Shown in pieces: positions 42,763-56,140 of a stretch of DNA of 64,000 bases. The notes beneath the pieces were generated by a model. It did not search any database, was not told the DNA's origin, and saw nothing but the letters and a program-made list of their open reading frames with translations. The stretch is from Octopus vulgaris (taxonomy: Eukaryota), in contig OX597815.1 of the NCBI GenBank assembly GCA_951406725.2, positions 163,804,001 through 163,868,000 on the forward strand, written 5' to 3'. Position 1 is the stretch's first letter. Each line of letters starts with the position of its first letter. A program made the position numbers and the translations under genes.

Positions 42763-42930
42763 TACGTATATACGACGGGCTTCTTTCAGTTTCCGTCTAC
42801 GAAATCCACTCACAAGGCTTTGGTCAGCCCGAGGCTAAAGTTGAAGACACTTGCCCAAGGTGCCACACAGTGGAAATGAACCCGGAACCATGTGGTTGGT
42901 AAGCAAGCTATTTACCACATAGCCACTCCT
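42105..42930 (-). mobile_element. SINE B interrupted at its internal (TA)n by a Helitron
   Basis: Tail at 42105-42300, head at 42770-42930. Confidence 0.85.
42362..42720 (+). mobile_element. Non-autonomous Helitron
   Basis: 3' hairpin CCCG-A-GC-aac-GC-CGGG (42693-42708), then CTAG (42717-42720) and T. The 5' part has gtttgtctgt and ccgatt..gatgaaactt motifs. The 5' TC is hidden in (TA)n. Confidence 0.85.
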
Positions 42931-43921
42931 GTTAGATAAGATATATAAAAGTAAACTTAAATTGTGACGTTAATTCACTGTGTAGCAACTGTTATTTCCG
43001 ATTTGCTTACCCTTAGAAGGTATGAAAAATGGCTATTTACTTCAAATTTGGATTTTGTTACATTCATGCAAACCCCAAAGAATTCCTTTCAACACATAGC
43101 TATGATGCTCCCCCACTACATCATTAGAGGGCACATATTGTCAGCTGCTAAGGGACATAATCAAGCGGTGAGGGTCAAGCAGCAGACAAGCAGAATATTT
43201 GCTATAATGGTATTTCTGCTTCACCAACTCAGTGCTAAATGTGTCTGAACTGTAATGGAAAATAGGTCAGTTTCATAACATTGATATCTAGGTTACAGAA
43301 GCAAAGTTTCAAGGGGAATGGTATTTGTGTCCTTTGATTTCTAGATGGAAGCAAACAGGAAATAACACTTACTGACCAAAGACAAAAAAAAATTGTTATA
43401 CAGTGATATATGGAAGTAGTTAGATGAGGTTCTTAGCTTGAATTAGTTTGGTGCTACGTATATATCCAGAAGAAAGACACCTGTTGGTAATAAGATATGT
43501 AACTGATCGAACAAATATCGATGAAAACACTAAACATAAAAAAGCTAAGTAAATAAAATAAAATAATCCGCTTTATGTCTAAAGAGGAGGTAAATTGATT
43601 ATAATCTTATTAAGAAGCCATCTTAGACATTTAGGCTTTAAAGAAAACTTGTATTAATTTCTGTGTTTTGTCTTCGTATTTTGCATGTTCTTTAGAATCT
43701 TAGATCCTGTATTCTGGTCTGTTCTAATAGCAGCCCCATGTTTTAATACTGTAAAAGAGAAGAGGAACTACTCATGTTTGCCATATGCCTATGCTAGTCA
43801 CGTTCGTTAGAGTACGAAATATTTCAATCACTTCGATTCAAATCTGTATATTATTACAAGAGTAGGTTCCTACCTATATTCCGTATAACACTAAGCGAAG
43901 TAACTAAAATAGAGTGAGAGT

Positions 43922-44240
43922 AGGATAAAGACCCGCTTCGGTCATGAATGGCCATGGGATTGTACCTAGAATATTCCCCTGCAAGGCACAAGTCCGGAAA
44001 AGGTTGTTTATGGAAGACCAACAGTCACCCATGCATAACAATCTTCCCTCTCCGCGCCAACGATGTTATCCAAAGGAAAGGCAAAGACTCATACACCTTC
44101 GTATCAGTGATGTCGCAACTCATTTCTAAAACTGAGAGAGCTGGAGCCACGTGAAATAAAGTGTCTTGCTCAAGAACACAGCACACAGCTGGGTCCAGAA
44201 GTAGAACTCACTACTTCATGATTGTGAGTCCGACGCTCTA
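43922..44240 (-). mobile_element. SINE D (CORE-type) with a third tail type
   Basis: CORE-like TGTGTTCTTGAGCAAGACACTTTATTTCACGT on the minus strand. Confidence 0.75.
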
Positions 44241-44369
44241 AGAGTAGCAGTAAATCATTGGTAATTATGTTAGAGGCTGCAAAAGGGATATACAAGTTCG
44301 TTTGCATGCCACTGGCTCACATGAGTTAATTCTCTTAGTTCATCGTTAATATCGGCAAATTACCAAGAC

Positions 44370-44500
44370 CAGTGATTCTCCGTTCGCTCCAAATGACTTT
44401 TGGGAGAACCATAAAATATTTTATTCTTTAGAAATTATGTGTGAGCTATTGGCTATACTTCTACAATACACAAAATATTTCAATTTTTTTTAGCTACAAT
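44370..44500 (+). mobile_element. hAT (Charlie-like) MITE fragment
   Basis: Starts CAGTGATTCTC, matching the terminus at 49301-49315. Confidence 0.5.
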
Positions 44501-45012
44501 TCCTAACAATAATTAATTATCAAAAATGTAATTAATCGTAGCTGTGTAGTAAGAAGCTTACTTCTCAACCTCATTGTTGCAGCTTCGGTCCCACTGTGTG
44601 GCACTTTGGGCAAGGGTCTTCTACTATAGCCATGGATCGACCAAAGCCTTGTGAGTGGATTTGGTAGACGGAAACTGAAAAACGCTTGTAACTTAGCGGT
44701 TCGGCAAAAAAGACTGATAGAATAAGTACCAGGCTTACAAATAATGGCCTTTCGACTAAAAAAGACTTTTAGGGCGGTGCTCCAGCAAGGACGCAGTGAA
44801 ATGACTAAAACAAGTAAAAAATAAAATGAGAAAAAAAGGATTATTTTAAACATCGAACGGTATGGGGGTTTCCATAAGCAAAATAGGAATCAAAGAGATC
44901 CATACATAAAAGGGGGCTGAGAACCACTGACCGGGACCGTAAACGTGTTTTACATTTTTTGTTAAGACCTACGTCCCATGGCTGCTTGAAATATGTTAAG
45001 ACAATAAACGCG

Positions 45013-45045
45013 CTGATGATGCCTATTGACGTAGAAACACATGTC
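45013..45045 (+). ncRNA. Hammerhead core motif, stem I not paired
   Basis: CTGATGA-TGC-ctattgac-GTA-GAAA-C-acat-G-TC. Confidence 0.45.
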
Positions 45046-45288
45046 ACCAACTACCTTTTTCTTTTTTCTCCAGACAATAAACCTTTCCTTTTCCTTAATA
45101 CTGTATCATCAGCTTTGGAAAATTCTTGATTCCTGAGATTACCTCGCCTTCTGCTATGGGGTTGTTCCCGATTATCATCTGGTATTGTAACACAGCCCCC
45201 TAGAGGCAAACATAAGATTAACAATTCAAAAATGTATGCCGCATTATATTTGAGATAACTGTATTTTTCTCTCCCCACTTCTTTCTCT

Positions 45289-45340
<52 letters not shown>

Positions 45341-45739
45341 TATATGTATGTATGTATGTATGTATGAATGTGTGTATTATATATATATATATACACACAT
45401 ATATATGTACATATATGTGTGTGTTTGTGTGTGTGTCTATGTTACACGTATGTGCTTATGTTCGAAAAAACATATAGGGTAAATATTTAAACAGCAACTT
45501 TCTCATCATATTTCAGCTGCTGCTACTGCCCCTCCTCCTCCTCATCCCCCTCATCATCATTGTTGTCGTTGTCGTCATCATGATCATCGCCGTCCTCATC
45601 ATCGAGTGGTGTTCCATCCTCTCTCTTGTTCCGGTTTTATTAAGATAACTGCCGAGTCAGAGATATCTTGAAAGCATCCGGTTGTTGCTGCGTTACTATT
45701 CTGTGAACACATAAGATGGCCATCCCATTTATATATCGA

Positions 45740-47180
45740 TACTTTTCATATATCTATATCATATTGATATCACAACGTGATATCACATTTGCATTGCTAT
45801 CACTCTTACGTTGATATCATATGAATTGATATTAATTACGCAGATTTCACTTTTACATTCGCACTACTGGTCTTATACTTTGGTATAATACATTGGTATT
45901 ATACTTTGGCATCACATTTTCATTGTTAGTAGTGCTATACAGATATCATTTATATAATGATATTAAATCTCCATTGGACATAAATTCCCATAGATACTAT
46001 TGTAAGTGGGATATCATACCTACTTTTTCATTACTGTCATGATCCTTTCCGTACTTCTACAGGCAACAGGGCAGATATTATTTTGGTTAGGGTGAGGGAT
46101 AGTCGATTACATTGACCGCAATGCTCAGCTGGTATTTATTTAATCGACCCCGAAAGTATGAAAGGCAAAGTCGACCGCGACAGAATTAAGACTCAGAGCA
46201 TAAAACCAGAAGAGATGCCGTTAAACATTTTGTACAGCGCGGTAACAATTCTGCCAGCTTGCCGAATTTCGGTGTCTCATTTACATTGATAACACATGGA
46301 TATCAATTTTATATTAAGATTACATAGATATCACATGTACGTTGAATTTATCTATATTGGGATCACAATTTCATTGATATCAGTTTTGTAATGATATTAC
46401 ATTTATATAGATATCTCATTCACAATATTATATTCTTTTCTACTCTAGGCACAAGGCCTGGAATTTTGGGGGAGGGAACAAGTCGATTATTTCAACCCCA
46501 GTACGCAACTCGTACTCAATTTATCGACCCCGAAAGTATGAAAGGCAAAGTCGACCTCGGCGGAATTTGAACTCAGAACATAAAGACAGACGAAATACCC
46601 CTAAGCATTTCGCCCGGCGTGCTAACGTTTCTGCCAGCTTACTGCCTTTCGTTCTTGCTATGATGGTGTCTCATTCGCATTGATAACACATGGATATCAA
46701 TTTTATATTAAGATTACATAGAAATCACATGTACGTCGACTTTATTTATATTGGGATCACATTTTCGTTGATATCAGTTTTGTAATGATATTACATTTAT
46801 ACTGATATCTCATTCACAACGATATCACATTTATATTGAGATCACAGATACATTTACACAGATATTACATCTCCATTAATTTTGCATACATACTGATATC
46901 ACATTTCCATTGATATCACACTTATTTTGACATCACATTTAGAAGTTACGTGAAGTTACGTATACGCTGATATGGTAAGTAGACTGGTGTACCATTTATA
47001 CTGATAATGCATTAACATTGATATCACGTCTTGACAGCACATTTACATTGGAATCACATATACATTGATATCACAGAAATATTATAATGACATTCACAGT
47101 GATATGAAATCTACAATTAATATCACATTTATATTGATATGGCATTTACGTTAATATTACATCTATACTGATATTATTAT
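45740..47180. repeat. Degenerate ~17-bp minisatellite (cattGATATCacattta) with two SINE A inserts and a 155-bp direct duplication
   Basis: Recurrent GATATCAC motifs; 46271-46425 closely matches 46665-46819. Confidence 0.8.
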
Positions 47181-47333
47181 TACACTGTAACGATAGCGGC
47201 CGAGAGGTTAGATTCTCAGGTTTTCAATCGTACTTTGATCGTGAGTTCGATTTTCAGACCCTGCAGTGTATTATGTACTTGAGCAAAGTATTATTTCATG
47301 ATGATCTTATAGCTGTAGCTGAGATGACTTATA

Positions 47334-47556
47334 CCTATTTCTTTACTACCCACAAGGGGCTAAACACAGAGAGGACAGACAAATGGATTAAGTCGATTAT
47401 ATCGACCCCAGTGTGTAACTGGTACTTATTTAATCGACCCCGAAAGGATGAAAGGCAAAGTCGACCTCAGCGGAATTTGAACTCGGAACGTAGCGGCAGA
47501 CGAAATACCGCTAAGCATTTCGCCCGGCGTGCTAACATTTCTGCCAGCTCGACGCC
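47334..47556 (-). mobile_element. SINE A with a 15-bp TSD, inserted in a SINE D
   Basis: TSD CTGAGATGACTTATA at 47319-47333 and 47557-47571. Confidence 0.9.
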
Positions 47557-48674
47557 CTGAGATGACTTATAGCAGCTGCAGCTGGAAGTCATTCTTACGA
47601 AGGACTGGCGTCCTATCCCGAGTGAGTACCTCAGGATAGGACGCCAGATTGAGCTCGTAGTGAGCCTACAGGCCCGAAACAGACTCACTACAGTCACACT
47701 GTCACATAAATCATTGTTATATTAATATTCTTTCTAAGGCGGCGAGCTGACAGAATCGTTAACACGCAGGACAAATAATGTTTAGTGGCATTTCGTTCGT
47801 CTTTACGTCCTGAGTTCAATTTCCGCCAAGGCCGACTTTGCCTTTCACTCTATAAAATAAATACCAGTCTATAAAATAAATACCAGTTGAATACTAGGGT
47901 CGATGTAATAAGCCTTCTCCCTCTCCCGAAATTGCTGGCCTTGTACCAAATTTTGAAACTTTTATTCAATATCCTTTCTAATTTTGGCACAAGACCAAGA
48001 ATTTTGAGAGGGAGGAAGGTCGAATTCATCGACCCCAGTTTTCAAGTAGTACTTAATTTACCGACACCGAAAGAATGAAATGTGAAGATCCGGAAGAAAT
48101 ACTCTTAAGCATTTTATCCGGCATTTTTTTTTTGCCATTCTGAAAATATATGTCTTGTAGGCATTTAAATTTGAAAAAAAGACTCAAAACGAAATAAAAT
48201 AAGCTTTTACGAAGCCAACAAGACGCTGGAAAACCCTGTGTTCTGCTGTCTAAAAATCAAAATAACCAACCGACAGCTCTACTTCATTAAAAAATACATT
48301 ACCTCCAGGCTGTACACTAAAGAACAAAATCTATTTCCTATGAAGACGTTAGCGCCTTGTCATATACAATATGTGTATGTGCTTATTTGTGTGTGTATGC
48401 ACGTGTGCGTTGTGCTGCAATATTTCTTTGATTGTGCCGTATTGTGTATGTAGCCCCAGGTTAGACTTGTTAGAAGAGTCAGTCAAATGATGAGGCGTGG
48501 CCAACTGGCTCAATCTTCTAACGGAACCATTTTTTTTATCTATGGGCTCTTTTCATTACTATTTTGTATTGGTGAGCCACCATAGCTATTCGATGTTTAA
48601 AAACTAGTTTTAAGAAAATTTCATTCAAAATTCCCAAGTTGCTTTTCGCATATTAACCTGTATGGGTTGATTAA

Positions 48675-49315
48675 TGTAAAATGTTAGAGAAAGCAACCTA
48701 GCTGTTTCTTGCTAACTGACGTTTCGTCGGTTCCAGTTGATCACCAACGGAAAAGCCGGCTTGTGAAATTAATGTTCAAGTGGCTTAGCACTCCACAGAC
48801 ACGTGTACTCTTAACATAGTTCCCAGGGAGATTGAGCGTGACACAGAATGTGACAAGGCTGGTCTTTCGAAGTATAGGTACAACACATTTTTGCCAGCTG
48901 AGCGGATTGGTACAACGAGAAATAAAGTGTCTTGCGCAAGGACGCAACACATCGCCGGGAATCGAAATCACGACCTTACATACCATCAGTTTTTTTTTGC
49001 AATACATACCAATACACACATCTCAAGCAAAATTTTTTCAGGGACCCCTTAAATATTATAGTGGATCTCCAATTTACTATTTTGTTGTGTGGGTCCCCAA
49101 AAATCTTACATGGACCCTCAGGGCCATATGTAAAATGTTAGAGAAAGAAACCTAGCTGTTCCTTCCAATACATACAAATACATACAAGACATATATTTTC
49201 AGAATGGCAAAATTTTTTTTCAGAGGCCCTTAAAATAAAATTCTGGATCCCCAGTTTACTGTTTTGTTGTGTGAATCCCGAAAACTCTTATATGGACCCC
49301 GATTGAGAATCACTG
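48675..49315. mobile_element. hAT-like MITE with an internal tandem duplication, interrupted by SINE D (48714-48980, -)
   Basis: Terminus GATTGAGAATCACTG (reverse complement CAGTGATTCTCAATC). Duplicated unit ~48995-49165 / 49166-49300. Confidence 0.7.
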
Positions 49316-49782
49316 GTCTAACATGCGTCATTTCTCTGTAAAGACGAGGGCCTGACTACACGATACAAGATGCAGGGATCAATCGTTGAGTTGCCGTCTA
49401 CATACATACATAATACGTCATTTGGTTTGTCTTATGTTATACGATGTGTGGCTATGTATGTAGGAGGTGTTGCTATGTTATATGTTGTCTTAGGTTGTGA
49501 ATGTCTGATTGCCTTTGTATTCACCCACCCACGAGCGCTTGTGAGCGCGCCTGAGTGTGTGCATGTGTATGTGTGCCTGTGTGAGTGTGTGTGTGTGAGA
49601 GACAGAGAGAAACAAAGAAAGAGAGAGAGGGTCGGGATATCTCTTAATCCGTTTCTGTCTTCCTCCATCTTTTATCCTTTCGCGTTCATTCAGCCTACAG
49701 CTCTCAAACACACACACACGCAAGCACACATACATGTGTGTGTGTGTGTAAGTATGTATATATATATATATATCTGTGTGTG

Positions 49783-49817
<35 letters not shown>

Positions 49818-50239
49818 AATTAATATAAACAGCAGGTTGCAATATTTCACCTCGAAGGCGAATTATAATTGTCACTAAATGTGACGAGGGTGTTGAGAAA
49901 CACCTACACTGCTATAGATAAGAGCTAAAATGCTCTGATGCTGTAGTTGACGCACATCTGAATCGTCCGAAAAGTCCCTATATATAACTGTGTGTGTGTG
50001 TGTATACAATATGTAAGTTTATGTACGTATGTATGTGCCTATATATATTTTACATAGACACAAAAACACACGTATGTATGTGTGTGTGTGTGTGTGTGTG
50101 TATGTGTGTATGTTGTGCATACATGTTTGTCTGCATTCCTTGTTTGTGTCTGTATGCGTGTTTTAACGCTTTATTGGTTTTGCCTGTATGGTAGCTCGTG
50201 AAAATTAAAATTGATTATGAATGTTTGTGTAGTAATTAT

Positions 50240-51090
50240 GCGCAGGAGTGTCCGCGTGGTAAGAAGCTTACTCCTAAAGGCGGCGATCTGGCAGAAACGT
50301 TAGCACGCCGGGCGAAATGCGTGGCCGTACTTCGTCTGCCGTTAGGTTCTGAGTTCAAATTCCGTCGAGGTCGACTTTGCCTTTCATCCTTTCGGGGTCG
50401 ATTAAATAAGTACCAGTTACGCACTGTAGTCGATATAATCGACTTAACCCGTTCGTCTGTCCTTGTTTGTCCTCTCTGTGTTTAGCCCTTTGTGGGTAGT
50501 AAAGAAATAGGTATTTCGTCGGCCGCTACGTTCTGGGTTCAAATTCCGCCTTTCATCTTTTCGGGGTCGATTGAATAAGTACCAGTTACGCACTGGGGTC
50601 GACATAATTGACTTAATCCCGTTTGACTGTCCTTCTTTGTCCTCTCTGTGTTTAGCCCCTTGTGGATAGTAAAGAAATAGGTATTTCGTCTGCGACTACG
50701 TTCTGAGTTCAAATTCCGCCGAGGTCGACCTTGATCTTTCATCCTTTCTGGGTGGATAAATTAAGTAGCAGTTACGCACTGGGGTCGATGTAATCGACTT
50801 AATCCCTTTGTCTGTCTTTGCTGGTCTCCTTTATGTTTAGCCCCTTGTAGGCAATAACGAAATAAGAAGTTTACTTCCCAACCACATGGTTCCGGGTTCA
50901 GTCTCACTGCGTGGCACCTTGGGCAAGTGTCTTCTATCAGAGCCTCCAGCCGACCAAAGCCTTGTGAATGGATTTGGTAGACAGAAGCTGAAAGAATCCC
51001 GTCGTATATATAAATGTATGTATTTGTGTGTCTGTTTTTCTCACGCCATCATTTCACAACCGATGTTGGTGAATTTGCATCCCCGTGTAA
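50240..51090 (+). mobile_element. SINE B interrupted by a SINE A trimer (50279-50863)
   Basis: TSD-like AAGAAG(C/T)TTACT at 50261-72 and 50864-75. Internal junctions at 50510 and 50680. Confidence 0.9.
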
Positions 51091-51142
51091 CTTATATATA
51101 TACGTAAATATACGTATATATATGTATATATATATATATAGT

Positions 51143-51540
51143 AGTGGCTGTGTGGTAAGTAGCTTGTTTACCAACCACATGGTTCCGGGTTCAGTCCCAC
51201 TGCGTGGCACTTTGGGCAAGTGTCTTCTGCTATAGCCTCGGGCCGACCAAAGCCTTGTGAGTGGATTTGGTAGACGGAAATTGAAAGAAGCCCGTCGTAT
51301 ATATGTATATATATGTATATATATATGTGTAGGTGTATGTTTGTGTTTGTCCCCCTAGCATTACTTGACAACCGATGCTGGTGTGCTTATGTCCCCGTCA
51401 CTTAGCGGTTCGGTAAAAGAGACCGATAGAATAAGTACTAGGCTTACAAAGAATAAGTCCCAGGGTCGAGTTGCTCGATTAAAGGCGGTGCTCCAGCATG
51501 GCCGCAGTCAAATGACTGAAACAAGTAAAAGAGTAAAAGA
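51143..51540 (+). mobile_element. SINE family B, full-length reference copy
   Basis: A-box-like GTGGCTGTGTGGT, B-box-like GGTTCAGTCCC, ACTTTGGGCAAGT, an internal microsatellite, and tail ...GGCCGCAGTCAAATGACTGAAACAAGTAAAAGAGTAAAAGAGTA. Confidence 0.9.
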
Positions 51541-51999
51541 GTATATATATATATATATACGTATGTATTTATGAATATGTATGTTCTTATATACCCATGC
51601 ACTCAGCTGCACATACGTGTATGTGCGTATGTGTGCATGGTTTGTTCCTGCAGCTTTATTCATCCGTATATGTAGCATTCAATTTCATTGTATGTATTTT
51701 CTGTTTAAGCTGTCCTTAAAACTACCAACCAACAACTCTATTTCTGTAGCTTGTTTTGTTGTTGGAGGTGTCCAGTAGGTGCTGTGATTGTTGAGACGAG
51801 AAATATCTTTCTGCCCGTCTATCCATTTATTTTTTTCTCCCTCTCACTCTTTCCCTCCCTATATATGTGTGTGTGTATGTGTGTGTGTGTGGGGGGGGGG
51901 GGGCATGTATAGGTTTGCGTATTTGTTTTGCAAGATTCTTGTTACGCAAACGCGTGTTGCAAAAGATATTGGTCATATTTTGCCAATTATACATATAAA

Positions 52000-52091
52000 T
52001 GTATGTGTATACATATGTATATATATATATGTATACGTATACATATGCATATATGTATATATACGTATATATATATATGTATATATACGTG

Positions 52092-52122
<31 letters not shown>

Positions 52123-52439
52123 TCATATATATGTATATATATATGTATACATATATATGTATATATTTATAAACATATATATATATGTATATATATATGT
52201 ATATATATATTTATATATATATTTATATGCATATATATATTTATATGTAAATATATATTTATATGTAAATATATATATGTATATATATATATATATATGC
52301 ATATATTTATAAACATATATATATATATGTATATATTTATAAACATATATATATATATGTATATATTTATAAACATATATATATATATACATATATATAT
52401 ATATGTAAATATATATATATATATGTAAATCTCTATATA

Positions 52440-52478
<39 letters not shown>

Positions 52479-52565
52479 GTATATATATGTATATATATAT
52501 ATTTATTTTATAGAAGGAGCTTCTACAGGACTAGAACTGTTTCATTCAGATGAAATCTTCAGATG

Positions 52566-52598
<33 letters not shown>

Positions 52599-53123
52599 GT
52601 ATATATATGTATATATATGTATGCAGATATATATCTATGGATATATATATGTATGTATATATCTATATATGCATGTATATATATATGTATGTATATATGT
52701 ATATATATATGTATGTATATATGTATATATATGTATGTATATATGTATATATATATGTATATATATATGTATATATATATGTATATATATATGTATATAT
52801 ATATGTATGTATATATGTATGTATATATGTATGTATATATGTATGTATATATGTATGTATATATGTATGTATATATGTATGTATATATGTATATATATAT
52901 GTATGTATATATGTATGTATATATGTATGTATATATGTATGTATATATGTATGTATATATATGTATGTATGTGTATGTATATATATATGTATATATATAT
53001 GTATGTATATATGTATATATATATGTATGTATATATGTATGTATATATGTATATATATATGTATGTATATATGTATATATATGTATGTATATATGTATGT
53101 GTATGTATATATATGTATGCATG

Positions 53124-53154
<31 letters not shown>

Positions 53155-53520
53155 GTTTATATATATATATATGTATGTATATATATATGTATGTATGTAT
53201 ATATGTATGTATATATATATGTATGTATATATATATATATGTATATATATATGTATGTATATATATATGTATGTATATATATATGTATGTATATATGTAT
53301 GTATATATATCTATGTATATATATATGTATGTACTTATATATATATATCTATGTATATATATATGTATGTACTTATATATATATATACATGTATATATAT
53401 GTATGTACTTATATATATATATACATGCATATATATTTGTTTATGTATGTATTTATATATATATATACATAGAGATATATGTATGTATATATATATATAT
53501 ATATATACAGATATTGCATA
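52000..53520. repeat. Very long (TA)n/(TATG)n compound microsatellite
   Basis: Direct inspection. Confidence 0.95.
52519..52563 (-). ncRNA. Hammerhead core island inside the microsatellite (5' strand of stem I lost)
   Basis: Minus strand CTGAAGA-T-TTC-atct-GAA-T-GAAA-CAG-ttctagtc-CTG-TA-gaagc. Confidence 0.6.
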
Positions 53521-54837
53521 TCATGTTATTTTTATTATGTAACATACTTTCCTCTGTCACCGCAGTATGAATGTATATAAATTTGTGTATATGTGTGAGT
53601 ATGTGTGTGCATATTAATCTCTTTACATATATATTTATACATATGAAATACATTTGTATAAATATATACATACATATACGTGTGCGTGTATGTATATGCA
53701 CGCTCATGCACACCCACTCTCGTGCACGCGCACACATCTAATCGCAAGCAGGCTTTAGTAAATGCGAGGCGAGCGTTAAGACAACGTTAGCAACTGTTGC
53801 AGTTGCAGCAGTCCACTTAGCTGCAGCTGCAGTAAAACTACAAGAAAAACAACAGCAGCAGCAGTAGCAGCAACAGCAGCAGCTGTAGCAACCATAGCAA
53901 CATCGAAAATAACATTCCAAAGAGAGTGGCTCCTCTCCGAGGTTTCTTGGCGTGCTAGAAATAGCAGTCAAGGTTTCAAATAATACCACGTTGTCATGAT
54001 ACAAAGGTAAATGAAAGAATTCGGTAGATAATGTAGTGTTGTTGTAGAACTAGATGGCCGTGGCTGGAATCATGTTTTGTTTATGGGTTGATTTAATATG
54101 GCTGACCTGGAACTAATCAATAACAAGCGCCACAGCCATAACTGATAAAAGCGAAAGTAGGTATTTAGTATTGTAAGTAATAACAGGAAAACCTTTCTAT
54201 AACCTAATTTTCTGTCTTAAGAAAAGGAGGACACGGGAGATTATATCATCGGAAAGAAGTAAACAATGGGATGGTCAATGGTCGAACGTCATATGATTAG
54301 TGTTGACTTGGAGACAAACAAAAAAGAAACAAAAAGTAACATATCCATCATCTAATACAGAAAATCCACGTGTCAACAGCGATGGGGAAATGTCTTCACG
54401 GTTGTTTGATATTCTAGAAAGAATCTATAAAATCTCATTTAAATCACACCGCCATCAGAAATGAAAGACATTCGATAGCGTAATTTTAGTGCCTGCAACA
54501 TCATTTGCCAATAAGTGTATCTGATCAAAGTTGGCCGGGGGCTGAACAATAAGAACAAGCAATAATAACAACAACAGTGATTCACGCTGAACCAGATACA
54601 GTAGTTTATTTATTGCTAATGATTAAACTAAGTAACGCTGTGTAATTACTCAAACCTGGTAGGGAGAGCAGTTAAAACTCATTCAAATCATTCCATACTC
54701 GTTTTAAAATTTGAAATGAAAAAAAAAAATGCAAATGGATAGAATTGCGTGAACTTAGATTACGTGAAAACCAAATCAAATGTATGATAGCTAATAGGGA
54801 AACTGCGTTTTATAACAGAGAGTTCATTGCATCTTTA

Positions 54838-55242
54838 GGCGCAGGCGTAGCAGTGTGGTAAGAAGCTTGCTTCCAAACCACACGGTTCCGAGTTCATTTC
54901 CACTGTATGACACCCTGGGCTGACTAAAACCTTGTGAGTGAATTTGATAGACAGAAACTAGAAGAATCCTTTGTATATATGGGTATGTATGTATGTATGC
55001 ATGCATGTATGTGTGAGTGCGTTTGTCCCCCACCATCGCTTGACAACCGGTGTTGGTGTGTTTATGTCCCATTAACCTAGAGGTTCGGCAAAAAACACCG
55101 ATAGAATAAGTTTCAGGCTTAACAAAAAAATAATAAACAAATAAATAAATACTAGGGTCGATTCATTCGACTGAAACAAATTTTCAAGGTGTGCCCCAGC
55201 ATGGCCGCAGTCTAATAACTGAAACAAGTAAAAGATAAAAGA
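54838..55242 (+). mobile_element. SINE B; an empty-site paralog lies at 56373-56537
   Basis: The flanks are contiguous in the paralog. Confidence 0.85.
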
Positions 55243-55599
55243 GAGTAGATATTCAGTCTGTCTTCGCAGGTTATACAGGCATCACCTGTATTTTCTGGTG
55301 ACAGTTATGTTATAAACTTGATACAGTTGAAAGGTGTAGGACAATTCACTATTACAAACAGTCACTCTGAGTAATTGCTCAAGCCTGGTAGAAAGAGCAG
55401 TTAAAACTCTCTCAAATCCCTCCATACTCGTCTTAAAATTTCAAAAAGGTAAAATAGACTAGATTATGTAAAGTTAGATTATATTTAACCCGAGTTAAAG
55501 ATAAAATAGTGACTGTCGGAATGATTTTGGTGGTAAGATTTCCTTGTCTGTGGGATTTATACGTGGCTAAAAAGTGTTAACGTTTAAAGCAGCGAGTTT

Positions 55600-56140
55600 A
55601 AAGGTCGACTTTGCTGTTCAGAGTCGATGGAATAAGTACCAATTGAGAATTGGGGTCGACATGATCAACTAGTCCCCTCCACCGAAATTTTAAGACTTAT
55701 ACCTATAGCAGAAAGGTTTATTATTAATATTAGGGCGAGCTGTTAGAACCGTTAGCGCACCAGGCAAACTGCTTAGCGGTATTTCGTCTGCCGCTACGTT
55801 CTGAGTTCAAATTCCGCCGAGGTCGACTTTGCCTTTCATCCTTTCGGGGTCGATTAAATAAGTACGAGTTACGCACTGGGGTCGATATAATCGACTTAAT
55901 CCGTTTGTCTGTCCTTGTTTGTCCTCTCTGTGTTTAGCCACTTGTGGGAAGTAAAGAAATAGAAATAGGTATTTCGTCCGGCTCTGTGTATTGAGTTCAA
56001 ATTCTGCCGGGGTCGAACCTTTTATTGAGCCCTTCATCCTTTCGGGTTCAAATAAAATAAGTACCAGTTGAGCACTGGCGTCAATGCAATCGACTCAACT
56101 CTTCCGCCTACCTTGCTGGCCTTGTGCCAAAATTTGAAAC
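55600..56140 (+). mobile_element. SINE A cluster with a nested junction at 55968
   Basis: The tail shows tandem AGAAAT-AGAAAT before AGGTATTTCG. Confidence 0.85.

Noticed and set aside
52477-53570. 330-aa Y/I/M/C ORFs
   Set aside because: Microsatellite artefacts.
53742-53870. Ala/Gln-rich open frame
   Set aside because: Short, ends in a CAG microsatellite with a stop, and lacks splice signals.
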